NCBI GenBank assembly: GCA_044224875.1
Contig: JBGAJQ010000046.1
Span: 1-21,626 of the forward strand
Direction of reading: 5' to 3'
Length of the DNA: 21,626 nt
Source: Gemmatimonadaceae bacterium
GTDB taxonomy: Bacteria; Gemmatimonadota; Gemmatimonadetes; Gemmatimonadales; Gemmatimonadaceae
A program made the translations under genes and the position numbers. The notes under the pieces are model-generated. The model was given only the letters and a program-made list of their open reading frames with translations. It did no database searches and was not told where the DNA came from. This document shows, piece after piece, positions 1 to 7,447 of the stretch. Positions within the stretch are counted from its first letter, which is position 1. Each line of letters begins with the position of its first letter.

Positions 1-2
1 CA

Positions 3-74
3 CTCACCGGCGCCGTGAGCGACGAAGGGTGGGAGGACGTCCTCCGTCGCTTTCTGCGCAAGGTGCCGGCGTGA
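3..74 (+). CDS. Possible 3' end of a gene entering from the left edge (...LTGAVSDEGWEDVLRRFLRKVPA*)
   Basis: Open frame from the window edge to TGA at 72-74 with GC-rich third positions, ending 15 bp from the convergent stop at 90. Too short to identify. Confidence 0.35.
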   Translation, partial: LTGAVSDEGWEDVLRRFLRKVPA

Positions 75-89
75 GCCGGCCGACGAACC

Positions 90-1445
90 TCAGGTCGACT
101 TGATCGTCTTCGATGCCTCGTCCCACGTAACGCTGGTTCGCCGGAAGTACGACTCATTGGCCATGTGGCAGGCCAGCGCCGCGTGGTGACCGAACACCGC
201 ATCCTCGGTCACCGGCTGCCGAGTGCGCACCGCATTGAAGAACGTCGTGAGGTGCGGTACCAGGTCATCGTAGTCGTTGCTGCGATAGGTGATCGTGTTT
301 CGCGTGGCCGCAGCCGCCACCTTCGCATCGTTCTCCTCGTGCCATTTGCTTTCATACTCGGCGCGTGCCTTGCGCTCGTAGCTGCCGGAGTAGTAGCAGG
401 GGTACGTGTCGAATCCGAGTTGCGGCGTGAAGGTGAGTGTTGAACCTGCAACCTCCAGCGTGCCCTTGGAGCCGGCGAAACGGATGCTCTCCGGGTTTTC
501 GTTGCCAAGGTTGAGGCGCAGGTACACCGGGATGTCGCCCCAGTAATAGGTCACCGCGTGTACGTCCGGCATGTTGCGCCCGTCCTTCCAGTGGCGGATG
601 CCGCCCACGGCCGCCGCGAAGTTCGGCGCGTCACTGGTGCTCAGCATGAACATCATGCCGCTCACCAGGTGCACCAGCAGGTCGCCAGCTACACCACTGC
701 CGTACTCCTTCCAGCAACGCCAGCGCGCAAACAGCTCTGGGTCGAACGCATGCTTTGGCGCGCTTCCCAGCCAGGTGTCCCAGTCGACGTTGGACGGTGA
801 GAGATCGGGCGGTGGAGGATACTCCCACGCGCCGCAGGCGTCGTTGCGACCGTTGGTACCCTCGATGAGCATCAGGTCGCCGAGTATGCCGGACGCGATC
901 ATGTCGCGCGCCTTGGCGCAAACCGCGGACGACACACGCTGCGAACCCACCTGCACGATGCGGTTGTTGCGCTTGGCGGCCTCCACCATCGCCACGCCAT
1001 CCGCGGCGCTGTGCGACATCGGCTTTTCTATATAGATGTCCTTGCCCGCATTGCAGGCGTCCACCACCACTTGTCGATGCCAATGGTCCGGCACTGCGGC
1101 GATGAGGCAGTCGATGTCCTTGTTGTCGAGGAGCTCCTTGTATCGACGGGTGACGAACAGGTCGGGCTTTCCCGTGATCTCCCGGGCGAGCACATGTCGC
1201 CCGTCGTACAAGTCGGCTGCGCCCAGACACTCGATGCCCGGCAGGCGAATCGCCGTCTCCAGTAGCCCCGATCCCTGCATGCCGACGCCGATGATGCCGA
1301 AGCGCACCGGTGCGGTGAGTGGGGCGACGGGAGTTGGGTCCAGCCGAATCACGTGACCGAGCAGTGGTCTCCCGACTGCCGCGGCTCCAGCTGCAACCGC
1401 AGAGGCACCGAGGAAATCACGGCGGGACACATTGGGTTTCTTCAC
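90..1445 (-). CDS. Gfo/Idh/MocA family NAD(P)-dependent oxidoreductase with Tat signal peptide
   Basis: SRRDFL twin-arginine motif plus Ala-rich h-region; IIGVGMQG Rossmann motif; PDHWH, YIEKP, QVGSQR; GTG start preceded by GGAGG. Confidence 0.92.
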   Translation of the reverse strand: MKKPNVSRRDFLGASAVAAGAAAVGRPLLGHVIRLDPTPVAPLTAPVRFGIIGVGMQGSGLLETAIRLPGIECLGAADLYDGRHVLAREITGKPDLFVTRRYKELLDNKDIDCLIAAVPDHWHRQVVVDACNAGKDIYIEKPMSHSAADGVAMVEAAKRNNRIVQVGSQRVSSAVCAKARDMIASGILGDLMLIEGTNGRNDACGAWEYPPPPDLSPSNVDWDTWLGSAPKHAFDPELFARWRCWKEYGSGVAGDLLVHLVSGMMFMLSTSDAPNFAAAVGGIRHWKDGRNMPDVHAVTYYWGDIPVYLRLNLGNENPESIRFAGSKGTLEVAGSTLTFTPQLGFDTYPCYYSGSYERKARAEYESKWHEENDAKVAAAATRNTITYRSNDYDDLVPHLTTFFNAVRTRQPVTEDAVFGHHAALACHMANESYFRRTSVTWDEASKTIKST

Positions 1446-1558
1446 GGGGCCTCCGAGCGGGGCGGATGGGGAACGGGCGTCGACGACTGACGGCCCATCG
1501 GGCCGGCGATCCTAACATGCCTCGTTCGCAAAGGCCGCGACAGTCCCGCACTGCTGGC

Positions 1559-1595
1559 AAAAGCAGAATGGGGACGGCCACGTGGCCGCCCCCAT
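1559..1595 (-). terminator. Probable intrinsic terminator of the di-haem cytochrome gene
   Basis: Minus strand ATGGGGGCGGCC-ACGT-GGCCGTCCCCAT (12-bp stem whose single mismatch is a G-U pair only on this strand) followed by TCTGCTTTT, about 25 nt after the stop at 1620. Confidence 0.6.
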
Positions 1596-1619
1596 CTTAC
1601 GCCTCACCTCGGCGTCGAA

Positions 1620-2924
1620 TCAGCCGCCGCGCTTGGGCGTGTAGTAGCCGTCGGACAGTGTCTTCATGAATGCCACGAGCGCCCGTTCTTCTTCCGCCGT
1701 CAGGTGCAAGTTCCCGATCTGCTTGCTCCGGTTCACGCTTTCTCCAACCTCGGGCGCCGGCCAGCAATTCACCCCGAAGTCGGGGTTCGGCGTCGACTCA
1801 CACGGCGCCAACACGTCGCGCGTGTTGTAGAAGTGAACGACTTGCTCCAAGGACTTGAACACGCCGTTGTGCATGAAGGACTTAGTCGCCGTTGGCGTCC
1901 CGCGGCGGTCGAGGTTGCGCAGCGTGGGGGCCTTCACCGCACCCGACAGCGACCTGTCGTTCAAGAAGCCACCGAGTCCCATGTCCTTGAAGTTCGGATC
2001 GGCCAGCCGGGCGGGATTCAACGGATTGGCCGGCACGCCGAGGTTGTCGTAGCCGAAATCCGTAAAGAACGCGTGCCGGCCGACATCGCGATGGCACTTG
2101 TTGCACTTGGCCTTGCCGTCGAACACTCGCAAACCCGTCAGCTCCAATGAGCTCAGCTGAGCCACGCCCTCGACATAGGCGTCGAACTTGGAACTGAACT
2201 GATTGACCTTGGATGAATTCTCGAACGCCGCGATCGAGAGCCCCACCCTATCATACTCGGCGCTGATCTGCGCACGGTCAGACGACGACAAGGGAATCTT
2301 CGTCCCTTCCGTGGCGCACAGTTGATCGCTATTCGCCGGGAACGAAATCTGGGTGATGCTCGGTCCCCAGGCAGCGATGTAGTTCTCGAGATAGCTGCCT
2401 TTCGCAATGCGAAAGATGACACAGGCGGTGTCCGGCAGCGCCATCTCCACAGAACTCACGAACGGAAACAGCGCCTGCTCGGCGGCGGCGTTGCCAAGCC
2501 GCGCACCAGTGGCATGGCCGTCCCAGAAGGTGCCACCGTTCCATGCCTGTTCGTCGCCATCGAACTGAAGGTTCGGGGTGAACGACGTATACGCGGCCGT
2601 TGGCGTGCGCCGCGTGCCGAAGCGCGTGTTCACCGAGCCCGGTTGCACCGCGCCGCCCGCATTGACCGCCTCGTTGGCCGAGCTGAATCCGAAGGCCTCA
2701 ACATGGCATGACGCGCACGACTGATTCCGCAGCAGCGACAGGTTGACGTCGTTGAAGATCTTGTCACCGAGTTGCGCCATGGCATTGCGATTCGATGCGG
2801 CGGGGGTGACGTCCGCGCTCGGCGCGAGGCTCGTAGCGGGCTGAATCGGGTTCCCATCGCAGGCCGACAGCGCCAGCAGGAGCGCGCCAGTCGTTAGGGC
2901 GATTTTGGCAGGGTGGCGGTTCAC
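1620..2924 (-). CDS. Di-haem cytochrome c peroxidase/MauG family lipoprotein
   Basis: Two CxxCH motifs (CASCH, CNKCH), FWDG, VEM, KAPTLRN, FMHNG, LVAFMKTLSD. Lipobox LSAC after a hydrophobic stretch. GTG at 2924 with GAGGG upstream is preferred to the ORF-track start at 2972. Confidence 0.9.
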   Translation of the reverse strand: MNRHPAKIALTTGALLLALSACDGNPIQPATSLAPSADVTPAASNRNAMAQLGDKIFNDVNLSLLRNQSCASCHVEAFGFSSANEAVNAGGAVQPGSVNTRFGTRRTPTAAYTSFTPNLQFDGDEQAWNGGTFWDGHATGARLGNAAAEQALFPFVSSVEMALPDTACVIFRIAKGSYLENYIAAWGPSITQISFPANSDQLCATEGTKIPLSSSDRAQISAEYDRVGLSIAAFENSSKVNQFSSKFDAYVEGVAQLSSLELTGLRVFDGKAKCNKCHRDVGRHAFFTDFGYDNLGVPANPLNPARLADPNFKDMGLGGFLNDRSLSGAVKAPTLRNLDRRGTPTATKSFMHNGVFKSLEQVVHFYNTRDVLAPCESTPNPDFGVNCWPAPEVGESVNRSKQIGNLHLTAEEERALVAFMKTLSDGYYTPKRGG

Positions 2925-3258
2925 GTTTCGTCCCTCACTCGGAGTTCGTGTCGCTACGCGCGGAAGCGCCACATAATGGTGGGGCCTGCAATGGCTTGGT
3001 AGATGTGGCGCCGTGTCAACATTTCCGCCCGCGTTCGCGGGCAGGCGCGGGGGAGGGCGTGGGAGGCGTACTCACCGCGAGGGCCGAGGCCGGCAGCTCC
3101 GGGCGTCCGCCGTGACGCCGACGCCGACCAGGATGCCAGGACGCCTCTCGGCGTAGGGCTGATCCCCCCATCGAATCTCAAGTGTTGCTTTCTTCACCAG
3201 GGCCGCGAGTCTTACTGGAGCACTATGAAGTCCCCGAGCGACCGCCAGGGTCGGGAGG

Positions 3259-4410
3259 TCAGACCACGTTGTACTCGCCAGCTCCAACTCCCGATGCGAA
3301 GCGCTCGTAGCGCAGCGGCGCGACATCGATCGAATGGGCACCGCCATCCAGGATCTCCTCAGCCATCAGGAACCCCGCCGCCGGACCGTGCATCAGTCCA
3401 TGCCCGCTGAACCCCGCGCAGACATATAGCCCGCCAACCTGCGGGATGCGTCCAATAATCGGCTGATCGTCGGGTGTCACCTCATACAGCCCGGCCCACT
3501 CCGCGGCGAGTTCAGAGTCGGCCAACATCGGGAGCCGAGCCACCGCTTGCTCCAGGTGACGGAGGCGCCAGGCTTCGTCCACCCGCGTGTCGAAGCCCGG
3601 GGCCTCGTGCCGATTCGACATCCCGGTCAGGATCCCATGGCCTTCTCGATGGAAATACAGCGCGGCCGAAAAGTCGATGACAAAGGGGAAATCGCTGCGT
3701 AGCGCCGGAATGGCGCTGGTCACGGCGATCTGACGGCGGATCGGCTCGATCGGGATCGGGACTCCCACGAATTCGCCGATTTGCTTGGACCAGGCGCCGG
3801 CAGCGACTACCACGCGGTCCGCGGCGATCGCTCCCGCAGTCGACTGGATACCTGTGACGCGTCCTCCCGTCAGGTCAATGCCAGTCACGCGCGCGCCTGT
3901 CGTCAACGTCACCCCAAGACGGCGTGCATTCGACACATAGCCTTGCAACAGACTGTGCGGATCGACCAACCCATCGCGCGGGCACCACGTGCCACCGATG
4001 ATGCCCGTCAGTTCCACCTCTGGGGCCAAGTGGGCGATGTCTTCCAGCGAGACAACGCGACTCGGAACGCCGTGCGCGTTCTGCAACGCCACATTGCGCT
4101 CGAACTGCGACATGTCGCCTGCGGCATCCAACAGAAAGAGATACCCGCAGCGGCGGATGCTGACTTCCTGGCGCATCTCGTCGGCAAAACGCTCCATCAT
4201 GCCGATGCTGAGCTTGGACAATTCGATGTTGACCGCCGACGCGAATTGATATCGCATCCCGCCGGCATTGAGCCCGGTCGAGCCCAGTCCGAACATCTCC
4301 TCCGATTCGAGGACGACGACGTGGCGGCAGCCGCGAGCGGCGAGGTGGTAGGCGGTGCTCGCCCCCATGATCCCGCCTCCGATGATGACCACGTCGGCCG
4401 TGGGTGCCAT
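3259..4410 (-). CDS. FAD-dependent oxidoreductase, DAO / sarcosine oxidase beta-subunit-like
   Basis: VVIIGGGIMG dinucleotide fold, GSTGLNAGG, WAGLYEVTPD, GFSGHG motifs; 383 aa. Confidence 0.88.
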   Translation of the reverse strand: MAPTADVVIIGGGIMGASTAYHLAARGCRHVVVLESEEMFGLGSTGLNAGGMRYQFASAVNIELSKLSIGMMERFADEMRQEVSIRRCGYLFLLDAAGDMSQFERNVALQNAHGVPSRVVSLEDIAHLAPEVELTGIIGGTWCPRDGLVDPHSLLQGYVSNARRLGVTLTTGARVTGIDLTGGRVTGIQSTAGAIAADRVVVAAGAWSKQIGEFVGVPIPIEPIRRQIAVTSAIPALRSDFPFVIDFSAALYFHREGHGILTGMSNRHEAPGFDTRVDEAWRLRHLEQAVARLPMLADSELAAEWAGLYEVTPDDQPIIGRIPQVGGLYVCAGFSGHGLMHGPAAGFLMAEEILDGGAHSIDVAPLRYERFASGVGAGEYNVV

Positions 4411-4449
4411 TGATGACGTGTTGGAGGGACTGGTCTTCGAGCGCGCCGC

Positions 4450-5715
4450 TTACAGCCGATCGATCATCTCTTGCGTGATCAACACACGCCCCCGATCGGT
4501 ACGCCGGAAGCGTTGTGCGTCGAACGCGGCATCCTCGCCAACCACCATGCCAGGCGGAATCTTCACGCCCCGGTCAATCACCACGTTGCGAAGTCGAGCC
4601 GAGCGACCAATGTCCACATATGGCTGCACCACCGCACCCTCCAGGTGGGCGTAGGAGTGCACGGTGACGCCCGTGAACAGCAGACTCTGGTGGACATACG
4701 CACCCGAGACAATGCAACCGCCGGAGACCAACGAACTGAGTGCCATGCCGCGCCGCCCTTCGCCATTGTGAACGAATTTCGCAGGCGGCGTGATCTCCGA
4801 ATACGTCCAGATCGGCCACTTGTGATCGTACAGGTCCAACAATGGTGTGACGCCGGTCAGGTCGATGTTCGCCTCCCAGTACGCATCGACAGTCCCCGCA
4901 TCGCGCCAGTATGCTTCACCTTCGGCGTCCGCCTTCACACACGATGTGCTGAATCGATGCGCGACTGCCTTCCCATGCGTGACGACGTAAGGGATCACAT
5001 CCTTCCCGAAGTCACGGCTCGACGTCTTGTCTGCCGCATCCCGGCGCAGCAGCTCGTACAGGAAGGACGTCTTGAAGACGTAAATGCCCATGCTGGCCAG
5101 CGCCATATCTGGCGAGCCCGGGATACCTGGCGGGTCGGCGGGCTTCTCGAAGAACTGCACAATGCGATCGTCACTGTCCACGTGCATGACGCCAAAGCCC
5201 GACGCTTCCTTGCGTGGCACCTCCAGGCATCCCACGGTGACGTCCGCACCCTGATCCACATGCTGCTCGAGCATCAGCTCGTAGTCCATCTTATAGATGT
5301 GATCCCCAGCGAGGATCACCATGTACTCCGGCGCGTACGACTCGATGATGTCGATGTTCTGGTACACGGCGTCCGCCGTGCCGTCGTACCACTGGGTTTC
5401 CGACACACGCTGGCTGGCAGGGAGGATATCAAAGCTCTCGTTCCGCTCGGGGCGCAGGAAGTTCCAGCCACGTTGTAGGTGACGGATCAGGCTGTGGGCC
5501 TTGTACTGAGTGGCCACGCCAATGCGGCGAATGCCCGAGTTCAGCGCGTTCGAGAGAGCAAAGTCGATGATGCGCGCCTTGCCACCAAAGAACACCGCCG
5601 GCTTGGCCCGTCTGTCGGTGAGTTCGAACAGGCGCGAGCCTCGACCGCCCGCCAGGACGTAGGCCATGGCAGAACGGGCAAGGATGCCGGAGCGACGTTG
5701 CGGAATCTGATCCAT
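4450..5715 (-). CDS. glgC: Glucose-1-phosphate adenylyltransferase (ADP-glucose pyrophosphorylase)
   Basis: [51 protein letters not shown] and C-terminal beta-helix. ATG at 5715 gives 421 aa, a typical length. Confidence 0.96.
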   Translation of the reverse strand: MDQIPQRRSGILARSAMAYVLAGGRGSRLFELTDRRAKPAVFFGGKARIIDFALSNALNSGIRRIGVATQYKAHSLIRHLQRGWNFLRPERNESFDILPASQRVSETQWYDGTADAVYQNIDIIESYAPEYMVILAGDHIYKMDYELMLEQHVDQGADVTVGCLEVPRKEASGFGVMHVDSDDRIVQFFEKPADPPGIPGSPDMALASMGIYVFKTSFLYELLRRDAADKTSSRDFGKDVIPYVVTHGKAVAHRFSTSCVKADAEGEAYWRDAGTVDAYWEANIDLTGVTPLLDLYDHKWPIWTYSEITPPAKFVHNGEGRRGMALSSLVSGGCIVSGAYVHQSLLFTGVTVHSYAHLEGAVVQPYVDIGRSARLRNVVIDRGVKIPPGMVVGEDAAFDAQRFRRTDRGRVLITQEMIDRL

Positions 5716-5881
5716 AGGTGACGGAGGCGGTGGCGTACCAGGCCCGGAGTGCGAGGGATGCTCGTCCCCTCGTTCGGATTCTGTGCCATGCGCGCGGGCG
5801 GCGGAAGGGTGGGCCGCGAAGTACATTGGAATTCCGGTGCGTCTCGACCGGCCCGTTCCACCCAGCCCCGTGCGACTCGCC

Positions 5882-7324
5882 ATGAACGTCCTATTTGCTG
5901 CTGCCGAAGTCGCCCCTTTGGTGAAGACCGGCGGTCTGGCCGATGTCGCCGGCGCACTCCCTCCCGCCCTGCGCGCCGCGGGCCACGATGTGCGCGTGGT
6001 GATGCCGCGTCATCGTTCGTTGCGTGAGCAGGGCGTGAAGCTGACGGGGCCGATCGCCGCCTCGTTTGTGAGTGCCGGAGATCGGCTCGAGGAGCTGCGC
6101 ATATGGTCGCTGGCGGAAAGCGACACTCCCATCTATCTCCTCGATATCCCCGCAGCCTTCGAGCGAGCGGCAATCTACGGCGACGGAGACGACGATCGTC
6201 GCTACATCCTCTTCGCGCGCGGCGTGTTGGCGCTCATGCAGCACTTGCGAGAGGTGGAACAGTGGCAGCCGCAGGTGGTGCATAGCCATGACTGGCACGC
6301 GGCCCTGGTGCCTAACTACATCAAGGCATCGCTCGGGTACACCTTTGGGCACATCGCCACGGTGCACACGATTCACAACCTGGCTTACCAGGGCCAATTC
6401 AACCCGTTCACGCTGGCGCTGTCCGGGCTGGGAGAGGGCGGGCTCGTGGAGAACGGTTTCGGCCCTGGCATCGCCGGAAGCTTCAACTTCATGGCCCGCG
6501 GCATCGCCTACAGTGACATCGTCAGTACGGTCAGTCCGACCTACGCGCGGGAAATCATGACGGCCGAGTACGGCGAACGACTCGATGAGCTGTTGCGACG
6601 GCGTGGGGAGCGCGTGGTGGGAATCCTCAATGGGATCGACACTATGGTCAACAACCCCGCCACGGATCGGCACATCCCAGCGGCCTACAGTGCCGGTGTT
6701 CCGTTAGGCAAGACGCGGTGCAAGTTGGCACTGCAGCGAGAACTCGAGCTCCCCGAAGACTCGGAGATTCCGTTGCTCGGCATCGTCTCCCGCATGGTGG
6801 AGCAGAAGGGACTGGACCTGTTGGATGCCGTGGTGCCATGGATTGTGCGACAGACCAACGCACAGTTGGTCGTCCTCGGTTCTGGCCAGAAGCAACTGGA
6901 GGAGGTGTTCAGGCGCCACGCGCGAACGCATCCCACGCGTGTGGTCGCGCGGATTGGTTTCGATGCCTCGCTTGCACAGCGCATCTACGCCGGCACCGAC
7001 GCGTTCCTCATGCCGTCACGCTTCGAACCCTGCGGCCTGGGCCAGATGATTGCTTTGCGCTATGGGAGCGTCCCGATCGTGCGCGCCGTGGGCGGACTCA
7101 ATGACACCGTCAGCGAAGGACTCGAGGGGAACGGTTTTCGGTTTCATCCCTTCGATGCTGGCGAATTCATCGCGGCGATCGCCCGCGCGCTGACCGCCTA
7201 CCGAGACCAGAAGGGATGGGCGCTCCTCCGAGCGCGCGGCATGCGGGAGGACAACTCCTGGGCACATGCCGCTCAAGACTACATCGAACTGTACAAGCGC
7301 GCCCGGCAAGCCATTGGACGCTGA
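5882..7324 (+). CDS. glgA: Glycogen synthase (ADP-glucose, GT5)
   Basis: [61 protein letters not shown]. Start at MNVLFAAAE (ATG 5882). Confidence 0.95.
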   Translation: MNVLFAAAEVAPLVKTGGLADVAGALPPALRAAGHDVRVVMPRHRSLREQGVKLTGPIAASFVSAGDRLEELRIWSLAESDTPIYLLDIPAAFERAAIYGDGDDDRRYILFARGVLALMQHLREVEQWQPQVVHSHDWHAALVPNYIKASLGYTFGHIATVHTIHNLAYQGQFNPFTLALSGLGEGGLVENGFGPGIAGSFNFMARGIAYSDIVSTVSPTYAREIMTAEYGERLDELLRRRGERVVGILNGIDTMVNNPATDRHIPAAYSAGVPLGKTRCKLALQRELELPEDSEIPLLGIVSRMVEQKGLDLLDAVVPWIVRQTNAQLVVLGSGQKQLEEVFRRHARTHPTRVVARIGFDASLAQRIYAGTDAFLMPSRFEPCGLGQMIALRYGSVPIVRAVGGLNDTVSEGLEGNGFRFHPFDAGEFIAAIARALTAYRDQKGWALLRARGMREDNSWAHAAQDYIELYKRARQAIGR

Positions 7325-7447
7325 CCACGCGCTCATTCGGGCCGGCCGTCGCGCGGTGGTGAGAGTCAACGGCGTTCGCGCTGCCTCACGTGGTGGCCTC
7401 GCGATCCCGGGGCGTGGCGTGGGGACACTGGCGACTATTTGGGATGT

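Noticed and set aside
3100..3258. Possible riboswitch or small ORF in the spacer (GGCGTAGGG resembles the 3' end of a TPP riboswitch)
   Set aside because: The CTGAGA and ACCTGAT cores are missing, the orientation does not precede a gene, and the overlapping ORFs are not protein-like.
5716..5883. ORF-track N-terminal extensions of glgC (to 5883) and glgA (from 5783) that would overlap head-to-head
   Set aside because: The extensions are low-complexity and family similarity starts at 5715 and 5882; treated as intergenic.
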